Shown piece after piece: positions 1 through 9,624 of a stretch of DNA of 64,000 nt. The notes below the pieces were generated by a model. That model made no database searches and had not been told where the DNA came from. It saw only the letters and a list, made by a program, of their open reading frames with translations. How positions within the stretch are numbered: the stretch's first letter is position 1; the number at the start of each line of letters is the position of its first letter. The position numbers and the translations under genes are program-made. This DNA is from Fimbriimonadaceae bacterium (GTDB lineage: Bacteria; Armatimonadota; Fimbriimonadia; Fimbriimonadales; Fimbriimonadaceae). Location: contig JAHBTC010000001.1 in NCBI GenBank assembly GCA_019638835.1, positions 6,260-70,259 on the forward strand, read 5' to 3'.

Positions 1-2470
1 GCACCTCAAAAACGAGTTCGTCATGGACTTGCAAGAGCATCCGGACGCCGGTGTTTGCAATCAGTTTTTCCACCTGGAGCATGGCGATCTTCACCAGGTC
101 GGCGGCCGTGCCTTGGATAGGGGCATTCATCGCCTGTCTTTCCGCATACATCCTTGCCACGCGATTCCCTGCGTGGATGTCGGGGAAGTACCGGCGTCTC
201 CCGCATAAGGTGGATGTGAACCCTTTCGATCGGGCTTCTTCAACCACGGAATCCGTGAAGCCCTTTACTTGGGGGAACCTCTCGTTGTACTTACGGATCA
301 GTTCTTTGGCTTCCGATACGCTAAATCCGGCTCCCAACTGCTGAGCCAAACCGAAGTCGGTCACGCCATAAAGTACGGCGTAGTTGAGCATCTTGGCGAG
401 ACCTCTTTGTTCCCGAGTAACCTCGTCGGGCGAGGTGTCGAACATTTGGGCGGCCGTCACTCGATGCACATCCACCCGGTCGCGAAAAGCATCTGTAAGT
501 GCCTCGTCTTGACACATGTGCGCGAGAATCCGTAACTCAATCTGGCTGTAGTCGAAGGAGAGTAACTGGTAACCCGGAGCAGCGACGAATGCCCGACGGA
601 TTCTCCGACCCAGTTCTGTCCGGATCGGAATATTTTGTAAATTTGGCTCGTTACTGCTCAGTCTCCCGGTAGCGGCAACCGCTTGGTTGAATTTTGTGTG
701 AATCCGGCCATCATCCGCCAACATTCGAGGAAGCGCGTCGGCATAGGTGCCTTTGAGTTTGGTGAGTTCACGATAAGTGAGGATGCCTGCCGCAACCGGA
801 TGTTCGGCGGCCAACTCCTCAAGTATCTCAGCGCCTGTGGCCCACCCGGTCTTGGTTTTCTTACCGCCGGGCATCTGCATGCGGTCAAACAGCACCTCAC
901 CGATTTGCTTAGGTGAGCCGATATTGAATTCTTCTCCGGCGGCGTCCCACACCTGCTTTTGAACGGCCTCGATCTCGATTTGCAGGTTGTTGCTGTATTC
1001 CTTTAGGTAGCCCGGATCAAGCTTGATCCCGGTGCACTCCATGTCCGCGAGCACAGGCACGAGGGGCAACTCGATCTCCTCCAGAACCGACGTCTGATTC
1101 TCGGCCTTCAATCTTTCTCGCATCGTGGCCTCTAGCGCGGCGAGAGCCGCGACTCGATCCTCGGGCCTTGAGGGTGGCGACGTATCGAGGTACCCAGCGA
1201 TCAGATCGCCAAGATCGTAAGAAGTCCGGCCCGACTGCAAAACATAGCCGCCGAGCATCGTGTCGAACCGGGGCACGACTGAGGATCGGCACGAATGAAA
1301 AAGAGATTTGATGTCGTGGCCCGTGGCCCGGGATGGATCATCCGCAAAGACCGACAAAATATGCTCCCAAGGTGCCTTTGCAACATCCGTGCCCTTAGCG
1401 ATGAACCCATGCGCTGATTCCGTGTTCTCATCCAAAAGGTTAGTTGGAGTTGCGGGCGGCCCCGGAAGAACAGCATAGTTGGAGTCTCCAAGCCACTTTC
1501 GAATCGAGTCAATGGTTCCGAGTGAAACTTCGGAAGTGGCCTGGACAGGTTCCTCTTTGACGGCCGCGACCGTTGCTGCCCCATCGGTTCGGTAAGGGGC
1601 AAAAACCTCTGGAAGTTTCTTGCGGTACGAGCGGAACTCAAGCGACTGCATCATTTCGTCGGCGATCGCTAACGACTCCGCGTCAACGGCGAACGGGGCA
1701 AAGTCGTATTGAAGAGGCACGTCCCGTACAATGGTCGCAAGCCACTTGCTGTGCCGCATCTGCTCTTCCTGTCCAACGAGCTTCTTCCGGAACTTCTCCG
1801 GAATCTCCTCCATTCTGGAGATGATCTCTTCGATGCCGCCGAACTCTTGAATCAGCAGGGTGGCAGTTTTGTCACCGATGCCGGGAACGCCTTTGATATT
1901 GTCGCTCGTGTCGCCGACCAAAGCTTTGTAATCGGTGATGTGCTCCGGTCCGAATCCGTAGCGCTCAACCACAGCAGCCGGGTCGTAGATAACCGTATCA
2001 GTCACCCCGCGTCGCGTGGTCATGACCTGAACGCATTCATCCACGAGTTGCAGGCTGTCTAGGTCGCCCGTGACAATGGTCGTGAGGTAGCCATTCTCTT
2101 CGGCAAGGCGGCTTATTGTTCCCACGATGTCGTCGGCCTCGTAACCAGTCACTGAGATTACAGGGATTTTGAGGGCCTGAATGAACGCCTCGCTACCGTC
2201 CAATTGTTGCTCGAGTTCGGACGGAGTTTCTCGTCTGGTGCCCTTGTATTCCGCATACTCCGCGTGCCTGAAAGTCTTGCCGGGAGCATCGTGCGCCACG
2301 AGAATAGCGTCCGGTTTCACCTGCTCTAGCAGCGTGAAAACCATCCCAAAAAAGCCAAAGAGGGCGTTCGTGGGACGACCATCGCTCGTGCTCAGATAGC
2401 GTGTTCCGTAAAAGGCTCTAAACAGCAAACTGAAGCCGTCAATGATGACGAGGCGACGGCTAGGAGGCAT
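1..2470 (-). CDS. polA: DNA polymerase I, partial (C-terminal end lies beyond the window start)
   Basis: Absent from the ORF track because there is no stop in the window. My reverse-strand translation from ATG at 2470-2468 gives MPPSRRLVIIDGFSLLFRAFY... (5'-nuclease domain), GDTSDNIKGVPGIGDKTA (HhH), then family-A polymerase motifs RLSSNEPNLQNIP, FDYSQIELRILAH, LAKMLNYAVLYG and QVHDELVFE, with the frame open to position 1. Confidence 0.95.
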   Translation of the reverse strand, partial: MPPSRRLVIIDGFSLLFRAFYGTRYLSTSDGRPTNALFGFFGMVFTLLEQVKPDAILVAHDAPGKTFRHAEYAEYKGTRRETPSELEQQLDGSEAFIQALKIPVISVTGYEADDIVGTISRLAEENGYLTTIVTGDLDSLQLVDECVQVMTTRRGVTDTVIYDPAAVVERYGFGPEHITDYKALVGDTSDNIKGVPGIGDKTATLLIQEFGGIEEIISRMEEIPEKFRKKLVGQEEQMRHSKWLATIVRDVPLQYDFAPFAVDAESLAIADEMMQSLEFRSYRKKLPEVFAPYRTDGAATVAAVKEEPVQATSEVSLGTIDSIRKWLGDSNYAVLPGPPATPTNLLDENTESAHGFIAKGTDVAKAPWEHILSVFADDPSRATGHDIKSLFHSCRSSVVPRFDTMLGGYVLQSGRTSYDLGDLIAGYLDTSPPSRPEDRVAALAALEATMRERLKAENQTSVLEEIELPLVPVLADMECTGIKLDPGYLKEYSNNLQIEIEAVQKQVWDAAGEEFNIGSPKQIGEVLFDRMQMPGGKKTKTGWATGAEILEELAAEHPVAAGILTYRELTKLKGTYADALPRMLADDGRIHTKFNQAVAATGRLSSNEPNLQNIPIRTELGRRIRRAFVAAPGYQLLSFDYSQIELRILAHMCQDEALTDAFRDRVDVHRVTAAQMFDTSPDEVTREQRGLAKMLNYAVLYGVTDFGLAQQLGAGFSVSEAKELIRKYNERFPQVKGFTDSVVEEARSKGFTSTLCGRRRYFPDIHAGNRVARMYAERQAMNAPIQGTAADLVKIAMLQVEKLIANTGVRMLLQVHDELVFEV

Positions 2471-2611
2471 GTTCGAAGCGTACCCATGAACTCCTGAATA
2501 ATCGTGAGAGATGCAACCGGAAACCCGCCAATAGGGTATGATTAGGCGGCTGGGCAACCAGCCCCGGCCCTCTTCGCGGAGGACCGATTTCTTGGGGAAG
2601 GAAGCATTCAT

Positions 2612-2944
2612 ATGGTGTATCGGCCAATTCGCTACGAGCAAATGATGAAGGCGGCGGAAGGTCTCGATGTCCGCGCTCGCCGGATGTTCGATGGCATGGC
2701 GATCTATTCGGGAGAGAAAATGTTCGCGTACCTCGTTGGTGAGGACATCGGGCTCAAACTCTCCCCCTTGGATCGCGAGACCGCCCTCGGAATGGACGGT
2801 GCGGAGTTACTCCGCGCCAATCCGGAAGCAGAACCGATGAAGGAATATGTTCGGATGCCGCGCTTGGTGCTCGATAACTACGACACATTTGCGTCGTGGG
2901 TTCAAAAGAGCGCTGATTACGCAACCGGGCAGACCGTCAACTAA
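2612..2944 (+). CDS. TfoX N-terminal domain-like protein
   Basis: 110 aa. RRMFDGMAIYSGEKMFAYLVGEDIGLKL matches my memory of the TfoX_N pattern (MFGG..ly..gkmFa......l.lK). No search was possible. Confidence 0.55.
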   Translation: MVYRPIRYEQMMKAAEGLDVRARRMFDGMAIYSGEKMFAYLVGEDIGLKLSPLDRETALGMDGAELLRANPEAEPMKEYVRMPRLVLDNYDTFASWVQKSADYATGQTVN

Positions 2945-3054
2945 GTTCTGCATTCGAAACGACAACGAAGTCGGGTCGGGGTCAATTTTCGACTCCGGCC
3001 CGTTTTCTTGACTCAGCAAGCAAAAAACCACCAAGATACGCCAAGGAAACGCGT

Positions 3055-4017
3055 TTGAAGAAGATCGGAGTGATCACAAGCGGGGGCGACTCGCCCGGAA
3101 TGAATGCCGCCGTACGCGGGGTGGTTCGGGCCGCGCTCGGCAGGGGCGCAGAAGTTTTCGGATTCCGCCACGGTTGGCGTGGAGTGATCAGTGGGGACGG
3201 GTTTCCCATGAACTCCGGGTCTGTTTCGGGGATTGTCGATCGAGGGGGTACATCTCTACACACCGCCCGGTGCCCTGAATTCCGAGAGCCAAAAGGGCGC
3301 GAGCAAGCCGTTCAAGTACTTAAGGAGTTCGAAGTGGACGGCTTGGTAGTGATCGGCGGCGACGGATCGCTCACGGGTGCCCGTAGACTCTTCGAGGAGT
3401 TTCGTTTTCCCGTGGTCGGGATTCCAGGATCGATTGATAACGATATTGCCGGTACCGACTATTCCATCGGGTTTGACACGGCCGTCAATACCGCGATGGA
3501 TGCGATCGACAAAATTCGAGATACGGCATACAGTCACGACCGCGTTTTCGTAATAGAGGTGATGGGCCGGGCCAACGGATTCATCGCAGTCGAAGTCGCT
3601 TTGGCAAGCGGTGCTGAAGCCGTATTGGTTCCTGAAGTTCCATTCTCGCTCATGGATGCGTGTAATCGGCTCCGAAAACTCCGCGTTGAAGGAAAGCGAA
3701 GCAGTCTGATCATTGTGGCTGAGGGGGCGGCGCGCGCGACGGACGTTGCCGACTTCATCCATCGCACGACGGGCTTTGAAACCCGCTACCTGGTGCTCGG
3801 CCACATGCAGCGAGGTGGTTCGCCAACCGCATTTGATCGGGTTTTGGCGGTTCGTCTCGGCGCTTACGCAGCAAATCGTTTGCTGAGCGGATTTATGGGT
3901 GAGATGGTCGGCGTAGACGGCGGCAAGCTAGTCGCTCATCCACTCAGTTACGTATTGAGCACCACAAAGAACATTGATCCGGACCGACTGCTTCTGGTTG
4001 AGGCGATGACGGTTTGA
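3055..4017 (+). CDS. pfkA: ATP-dependent 6-phosphofructokinase
   Basis: 320 aa with a TTG start. Motifs KKIGVITSGGDSPGMNAAVRGVVR, VVIGGDGSLTGA, GIPGSIDNDI and GHMQRGGSPT. Confidence 0.9.
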   Translation: MKKIGVITSGGDSPGMNAAVRGVVRAALGRGAEVFGFRHGWRGVISGDGFPMNSGSVSGIVDRGGTSLHTARCPEFREPKGREQAVQVLKEFEVDGLVVIGGDGSLTGARRLFEEFRFPVVGIPGSIDNDIAGTDYSIGFDTAVNTAMDAIDKIRDTAYSHDRVFVIEVMGRANGFIAVEVALASGAEAVLVPEVPFSLMDACNRLRKLRVEGKRSSLIIVAEGAARATDVADFIHRTTGFETRYLVLGHMQRGGSPTAFDRVLAVRLGAYAANRLLSGFMGEMVGVDGGKLVAHPLSYVLSTTKNIDPDRLLLVEAMTV

Positions 4018-4964
4018 TTCTTACTCTAACGCTCAACCCGGCTCTCGACCAAACGCTGTTCGTGGACGGCCTCAAGCCGTACGACACAAACCGAGTCCGC
4101 CATACCGAGACGGATGCGGGCGGAAAAGGGATCAATCTGAGCCGGGTTGCTCATGAGTTAGGAATCGAAACCCTCGCTCTCGGCCCTCTCGGTGGTGCCT
4201 CGGGGGATGCGATTTCGGGGGGCATGAAGGAAATGGGGGTGCCCGCTGCTTTTACTCCGATCGCAGGCCACACCCGCACGAATCTCAGCGTTGAAGACGG
4301 TTCCGGAAATCCACCGACAACGTTCAACGGCTTAGGACCGGTCATCAGCCTCGGCGAATGGGAGGGAATCGTCTCGGCACTCCGGAAAAACCTTTCGGGG
4401 GCCAGTTTTGTGGCGATGGGAGGCTCCTTACCGCCAGGCATTGACGTAACGGCGTTTCATGACTTGGCAGCACTCGTGCGCCGATCTGGAGTTGAGGTGG
4501 TCGTGGACGCCGACGGCGAAGCGATGCAACTGACGATGGAAGTCCCGCCGGATGTCATCAAGCCCAACAAGCGAGAAGCCGAGCGTCTTCTTGGATTTCC
4601 CTTGAACTCCCATGAAGAGATCGGACTCGCGTGCAAAAAACTCTCGTCCGATCTTGCTGAAGCCGGTTCAAAGCGGGCAGTGGCGATCATTTCGATGGGT
4701 GCCGAAGGCGCGTTCATGGCATCCCCTAACGGTATCTGGTTCGGCGAAGCGATCCATGTGAAGCCCAAGAGCACGATTGGCAGTGGTGATTCAATGCTCG
4801 CGGGAGTTCTGACGACTTTTCTTCGCGGGGGGGATGAAGTCGAGGCGCTTGCCCTTGGTCTGGCATGCGGTGCGGCAACTGCCGAAACCGACGGTTCAGA
4901 GATTGGCCGACGCTCGGAAATTGACCGTCTCCTTCCCCATGCCGTCGTGCGCCCCTGGGGTTGA
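4014..4964 (+). CDS. PfkB/ribokinase-family sugar-phosphate kinase (1-phosphofructokinase / tagatose-6-phosphate kinase-like)
   Basis: 316 aa. N-terminus LTLNPALDQT...TDAGGKGINLSRV and C-terminal GSGDSMLAGV...GAATA are typical of the FruK/LacC branch. The start overlaps the pfkA stop by 4 nt. Confidence 0.8.
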   Translation: MILTLTLNPALDQTLFVDGLKPYDTNRVRHTETDAGGKGINLSRVAHELGIETLALGPLGGASGDAISGGMKEMGVPAAFTPIAGHTRTNLSVEDGSGNPPTTFNGLGPVISLGEWEGIVSALRKNLSGASFVAMGGSLPPGIDVTAFHDLAALVRRSGVEVVVDADGEAMQLTMEVPPDVIKPNKREAERLLGFPLNSHEEIGLACKKLSSDLAEAGSKRAVAIISMGAEGAFMASPNGIWFGEAIHVKPKSTIGSGDSMLAGVLTTFLRGGDEVEALALGLACGAATAETDGSEIGRRSEIDRLLPHAVVRPWG

Positions 4965-4995
4965 TTTCTTTCGCTGGTATTATTTTCAATCCGTC

Positions 4996-5081
4996 GCCGG
5001 GGTGGCGGAATGGTAGACGCGGCGGTCTCAAACACCGTTGGCAGCGATGTCGTGCGGGTTCGAGTCCCGCCCCCGGCACCA
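4996..5081 (+). tRNA. tRNA-Leu (anticodon CAA), class II with long variable arm, CCA encoded
   Basis: Hand-folded. Acceptor GCCGGGG/CCCCGGC, anticodon stem GCGGT/ACCGT with loop CTCAAAC, variable arm TGGCAGCGATGTCGTG, T arm GCGGG-TTCGAGT-CCCGC, then A-CCA. Confidence 0.9.
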
Positions 5082-5141
5082 AAGTGCAACTTCATGCCGA
5101 AACGATTGGCGAGTAGAATGCGTCAAACGAGGAGAGGTTCT

Positions 5142-5834
5142 ATGATGACGAAGTTGGTTGCAGTGATCGGCGCGGTAGTCGCCCTGTGCGCGAGCGCAAT
5201 TGCTCAGTACAGCAACGGTTGGTCGAGTTACAACGATCCACTCACTGGTCCGATCCGTTTCAGCACCGTATTCCAGGGCCAAGACTCGGCCCTAAATACG
5301 ATGGGAACTTGGGTGATCGCTGATCAAGGCGCGTGGGATAACTTCTGGTTACGCCATCGCCAACCGATTCGTGGTAACCAAGGAAGTTGGGGGAACGGGA
5401 ATCAGGGCAACTACCGAAACAACGAACGAGCACCCCAACTCTGCAACTTTGAGCGCGAGCAACTCATCATCGTGCATTTGGGTACCCAACACGCAGGTAC
5501 ATCAGTCTACATTGACCGCATTGATCGGCCGGATAGTTGGCATTTTGACGTCTACTTCGCGACCACGCAGATGGTCCTCGGCCGACCTTCCAATGCTGAC
5601 TGCAGTCCTTACGTCATCGTGAAGACGGCGCGTCTCGGAGGAACTCCTCGCTTCTTCCCAGTCCAGAATAATTGGCAGAGTCGCTACGGCAACGTTCAGC
5701 AAGGCGGTTGCGCGACTCACGTTTGCCGGCGGTGCCGCCATAGCGATTGCGGCGGCGGATGCGGGTGCGGTTTTGGTGGCCCTATCGTTTACGGGCCGAG
5801 TGGAGCGATCATTTCGGGAGTCTGCCGGGGCTAA
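5142..5834 (+). CDS. secreted PrcB_C-like domain protein with Cys/Gly-rich C-terminal tail
   Basis: The track ORF 5010-5834 overlaps tRNA-Leu. The credible start is ATG 5142, preceded by GGAGAGG, giving the signal peptide MMTKLVAVIGAVVALCASAIAQ. The core (WVIADQGAWDNFW...EQLIIVHLGTQHAGTSVYIDRI...PYVIVKTAR) resembles the PrcB C-terminal domain as I recall it. The tail is CATHVCRRCRHSDCGGGCGCGFGG. Confidence 0.55.
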   Translation: MMTKLVAVIGAVVALCASAIAQYSNGWSSYNDPLTGPIRFSTVFQGQDSALNTMGTWVIADQGAWDNFWLRHRQPIRGNQGSWGNGNQGNYRNNERAPQLCNFEREQLIIVHLGTQHAGTSVYIDRIDRPDSWHFDVYFATTQMVLGRPSNADCSPYVIVKTARLGGTPRFFPVQNNWQSRYGNVQQGGCATHVCRRCRHSDCGGGCGCGFGGPIVYGPSGAIISGVCRG

Positions 5835-5864
5835 AAGCTCCGACTCGCGGCTAAACTCGTTCCC

Positions 5865-7094
5865 ATGACGGCGGAAGTCGTTTCGGTGGGTACGGAACTG
5901 CTCCTTGGCGACACGGTTGACACCAACGCGGTGGCGTTGGGCCGAGCATTCGCCGCTGCTGGACTTAGCCACTTCCACCGACAAACCGTCGGTGACAATC
6001 CAAAACGATTGCGCGTTGCGCTGGACCTTGCGTTCTCCCGCTCGGATCTCGTAGTCACAATCGGCGGATTGGGCCCCACTTCGGACGATATCACCCGGGA
6101 GTTAGTCTGCGATTCGCTGGGTCTGGAGATGGTTGAAGACGAAGAAATCGTCAACCATCTCAAATCACTTTTCCGTACGCGAGGTCGACCATGGGTCGAA
6201 ACAAATGCGCGTCAGGCGATGCGCCCTGCAGGTTCGACTGTGATCGCGAACGCGAACGGTACGGCTCCTGGGCTCGTCGTCGAATCAGGCGGAAAGATGG
6301 CGATCCTCATGCCCGGCCCGCCGAGTGAGTTCCTGCCCATGTTGACCGATTCCGTGGCTCCGATCCTCGCTCGCATTGGGGGAGGCGAATTGATTCACAG
6401 TCGGGTGCTTCGTGTCGTCGGGCGCGGTGAGAGTCAACTCGAGCAAGATTTATCTGACCTTATGGTGAGCGAGAATCCGTCGTTGGCTCCGTATGCCAAG
6501 ACATGGGAGGTTCACCTGCGTCTTACCGCCCGCGCTAACTCAGTTGAAGAAGCAAAGCGGATGATCGCTCCCTTGGAAGCCTTGGTTAGAGGACGGATTG
6601 GAGAGCATATCTACGGCGCAGACAAAGAAGAGTTGGAGGATGTTGTGCTTTCTCAACTGCGAAGCAGGGCGGAGACCTTGGCTGTCGCCGAGAGTTGCAC
6701 GGGTGGGGGGCTCGGCGAGAGACTCACTAGAGTGGCCGGGGCAAGCGATGTTTTTCAAGGTGGAGTGATCTCCTACGCAAACTCGGCGAAAGTGAATGTT
6801 CTCGGCGTGCTCCCCGAGGACATTGCTGAGCACGGCGCGGTCAGCGAACGAGTTGCGTGCGAGATGGCGAGGGGTGCGCGAGACAGGTTGCACGCCGACT
6901 GGGGGATCTCCATCACCGGTGTCGCAGGGCCAGATGGAGGAACGCTGGATAAACCGGTAGGCACGGTTTGGATCGGCCTCGCCGGGCAGGGTGAAGTGGC
7001 GGCAATCGAACATCGGTTCGGTGGTACTCGAACCACGGTCAGGTCGCGATCTCAGACGGCCGCTCTTACGACGCTTTGGCGACGGCTTCGCTAA
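5865..7094 (+). CDS. cinA: CinA family protein (MoCF-binding domain + NMN deamidase PncC domain)
   Basis: 409 aa. N-terminus AEVVSVGTELLLGDTVDTNA and C-terminal half LAVAESCTGGGL...ISITGVAGPDGG. Confidence 0.9.
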   Translation: MTAEVVSVGTELLLGDTVDTNAVALGRAFAAAGLSHFHRQTVGDNPKRLRVALDLAFSRSDLVVTIGGLGPTSDDITRELVCDSLGLEMVEDEEIVNHLKSLFRTRGRPWVETNARQAMRPAGSTVIANANGTAPGLVVESGGKMAILMPGPPSEFLPMLTDSVAPILARIGGGELIHSRVLRVVGRGESQLEQDLSDLMVSENPSLAPYAKTWEVHLRLTARANSVEEAKRMIAPLEALVRGRIGEHIYGADKEELEDVVLSQLRSRAETLAVAESCTGGGLGERLTRVAGASDVFQGGVISYANSAKVNVLGVLPEDIAEHGAVSERVACEMARGARDRLHADWGISITGVAGPDGGTLDKPVGTVWIGLAGQGEVAAIEHRFGGTRTTVRSRSQTAALTTLWRRLR

Positions 7095-7540
7095 CTCGCG
7101 GTCACCTTTTTCTCAGAGCGCGACACGGCAAATAGCACCGCAAGACAACTAAGAACTGGGCTGGCGTACAAAGCCCACGGCGACTCCAACGCCTTGTTCA
7201 TTGCGTCGGTCATTGACACCACTTCAGGTCGTGGCTCCGAAGAACCAGGAGGCGGATTCCCGATCACTACGAATGCCATCACGAGCCCGAGAACAAGGAT
7301 GATGCCCGCTAACACATGTGCGGAAGTCTTGCCGCCGATTCTGTAGGCGATCAAGCCTCCCACGAATGCTGCAATCGTATCCACGATAAGCTTCCCAATT
7401 CCCCAAGTCGTTGTCGTTTTCCAGGTTCCGGGTTCGAATGAACCGCTGGGCCCAAGAATGAGCCAAGACACCGAAGCCAACGCAAAGATCACTAGTGCCG
7501 TGGCAATGAAGCCGACAATCACTCCCCCGACGACGCGCAT
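7091..7540 (-). CDS. hypothetical integral membrane protein (about 4 TM)
   Basis: 149 aa, strongly hydrophobic segments, no recognisable family. Its stop overlaps the cinA stop convergently. Confidence 0.5.
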   Translation of the reverse strand: MRVVGGVIVGFIATALVIFALASVSWLILGPSGSFEPGTWKTTTTWGIGKLIVDTIAAFVGGLIAYRIGGKTSAHVLAGIILVLGLVMAFVVIGNPPPGSSEPRPEVVSMTDAMNKALESPWALYASPVLSCLAVLFAVSRSEKKVTAS

Positions 7541-7564
7541 ATCACTAATATAACACGGGTTTAT

Positions 7565-8656
7565 CTAATTTGCTTTAGGTTTTGCGTTCGCTTTTCGGCG
7601 ATCACGAACAGCGGCCGCCAATCGCTGCAGAACTGGCACTGTCTCGTGCCAACCCAAACAACCATCGGTAACGCTCGTTCCGTAGAGCAGTTCCTTCCCG
7701 GGCACGAGATTCTGTCGTCCAGGATGAATGTGGCTCTCCAGCATGATTCCCATAAGGCGGTCATCGCCGGCCGCGATCCGTTCGGCAAGATCCGCCGCCA
7801 CCAATGGCTGTCTCCGAAAATCCTTTCCGCTGTTAGCGTGGGAAGCGTCCACCATCACCCGATCATTCAAGCCACGGCTGCGCAAGGCAGAACAAGCGGC
7901 CTCTACCGAATCGGCGTCGTAATTCGGTTGGTGCCCTCCACGCAAAATGACGTGGGTGTCGGGATTTCCTGCCGTGCTGAAAATGGCAGACTGACCTTGC
8001 TTCGTAACCGATAGGAAAGCGTGCGGCACGCTTGCGGCGAGGACTGCGTCGGCCGCAACATCAATGTTGCCATCCGTTCCGTTCTTGAAGCCCACCGGAC
8101 ACGAAAGCCCGCTTGCAAGTTCACGATGAACTTGAGATTCCGTCGTGCGGGCTCCAATAGCACCCCAGCCCACGAGGTCGGCGATGTATTGTGGCGAGAT
8201 GGTGTCCAAGAACTCCGAACCGGTGGGAACGCCAAGTTCGTTGATCTCCAACAAGAGTTGGCGCGCCATGCGAACACCCTTGTTGATGTTGAAGCTTCCG
8301 TCGAGGTCTGGGTCATTAATTAGTCCTTTCCAACCAACGGTGGTACGCGGCTTCTCAAAGTACACCCGCATTACGATTTGAAGATCTTCCGCCAGTTCGT
8401 CTCGCATCCCCTTGAGCAGTCGTGCGAAGTCGAAACCTGCGCGTACATCGTGAATGGAGCAAGGCCCGACTACAACGAGAAGTCGATCATCTTCGCCACT
8501 GATGACGCGGGCAATTGCCTTTCGTTCCTCGCTGACGAACCTCTGAATGTCGGGCGTTGCCTCAAAAACGCGGATGAGGTGCTCGGGGGCAGTCAATTCC
8601 GCTTGCGCAAGGATTCGGGTGTCGTCGGTTTGGTAGCGCATCGCCTGGCTCCGCAT
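7565..8656 (-). CDS. aroG: 3-deoxy-7-phosphoheptulonate (DAHP) synthase, class I
   Basis: 363 aa. Motifs LLVVVGPCSIHD, FEKPRTTVGWKGLINDP, GARTTESQVHRELASG and KNGTDG. Confidence 0.9.
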   Translation of the reverse strand: MRSQAMRYQTDDTRILAQAELTAPEHLIRVFEATPDIQRFVSEERKAIARVISGEDDRLLVVVGPCSIHDVRAGFDFARLLKGMRDELAEDLQIVMRVYFEKPRTTVGWKGLINDPDLDGSFNINKGVRMARQLLLEINELGVPTGSEFLDTISPQYIADLVGWGAIGARTTESQVHRELASGLSCPVGFKNGTDGNIDVAADAVLAASVPHAFLSVTKQGQSAIFSTAGNPDTHVILRGGHQPNYDADSVEAACSALRSRGLNDRVMVDASHANSGKDFRRQPLVAADLAERIAAGDDRLMGIMLESHIHPGRQNLVPGKELLYGTSVTDGCLGWHETVPVLQRLAAAVRDRRKANAKPKAN

Positions 8657-8731
8657 CCTTTCACTGCAAGAAAGGTGCCGTTCCGTCGTCTTTGGCGGCT
8701 CAACGATATGGTACCGGGTTTGAACCTGCCT

Positions 8732-9562
8732 CTAAGCCGAATTGAGGGTGAGGATCGTGACCTCAGGCGGGCAAAACGTCCGGATGTCAGGCCCGCTCGT
8801 CCCTACGCCGCGCGAGACGTAGAGGGGTACTGGTGCGGAAGGGAAGAAACCCTGGATGTATTGTTTTGCACCCCGAGGCAATCGCATCGGGCTCATGTAG
8901 GGTAGCCGTATCTGGCCGCCATGAGAATGTCCGGCAAGCATGAGCGAGGCCCTCACGTCAATCCGGTCCACGAAGTCCGGCTCATGAAAAATGGCAACCA
9001 CGTTCTTGTCGTGTCTTGCTGCGAGACGGTTGTGCTTGTCTCGTCCGGCGATTCCATCATCAATTCCGTGTAACAGCACACCGTCCACTTCCACCGTTTG
9101 GTTGCGAAGAGGACGGATCGTTTTGTCACCGCACAGATATCCAATAACCGTCTGAGTGTCAAACGTCCAGTAATCGTGGTTACCTAGAGTGATGAAAGCG
9201 GGAATCCCAGATTCCTTAACGGCCGCGAAGTAGCGGTCAATGAACCCTTTCGTTTGCCGCGTGTGATTGTCAATCGTGTCTCCTCCGATGACGATTGCAT
9301 GAGGCTTCTCGGTTTGGGCCAGATTGAGCGCCCTTATCGCCCGATCAACTGCCACATCGCTGCTGAGGTGATTGTCAGTCAGAAACGCAATCCGGAATCC
9401 ATCGGCGCTCCAACGCGGCAACGCTAATGTGCTTCGCTCTACGGTAAGACGATGCGCCTCACCCTTTTCCCACCATGCAAGCCCTGCACCGGCCAGCAGT
9501 ACCCCTCCAGCTCCTTGCAGGAACCGGCGACGTGATATCTGCTTACGAGTTGACTTCCTCAC
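8732..9562 (-). CDS. Tat-signal metallophosphoesterase (calcineurin-like)
   Basis: 276 aa. Twin-arginine leader SRRRFLQGAGG, then the phosphoesterase motifs TDNHL, GGDTID, LGNHDYW, HEPD and GHSHGGQ. Confidence 0.8.
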   Translation of the reverse strand: MRKSTRKQISRRRFLQGAGGVLLAGAGLAWWEKGEAHRLTVERSTLALPRWSADGFRIAFLTDNHLSSDVAVDRAIRALNLAQTEKPHAIVIGGDTIDNHTRQTKGFIDRYFAAVKESGIPAFITLGNHDYWTFDTQTVIGYLCGDKTIRPLRNQTVEVDGVLLHGIDDGIAGRDKHNRLAARHDKNVVAIFHEPDFVDRIDVRASLMLAGHSHGGQIRLPYMSPMRLPRGAKQYIQGFFPSAPVPLYVSRGVGTSGPDIRTFCPPEVTILTLNSA

Positions 9563-9624
9563 TATGGGACACTAACCAAGAAATCGGGTTAAAGGTTTCA
9601 TCAAATCCGCCACCCGACCTTTAC

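Noticed and set aside
3055-4964. The overlapping pfkA and pfkB-family kinase pair as an unusual system.
   Set aside because: Two sugar-phosphate kinases in one operon is unremarkable (fructose or tagatose utilisation alongside glycolysis). Nothing in the sequence suggests novelty.
5010-5141. N-terminal extension of the 274-aa ORF (5010-5834).
   Set aside because: It overlaps tRNA-Leu(CAA). A signal peptide and an RBS appear only at ATG 5142.
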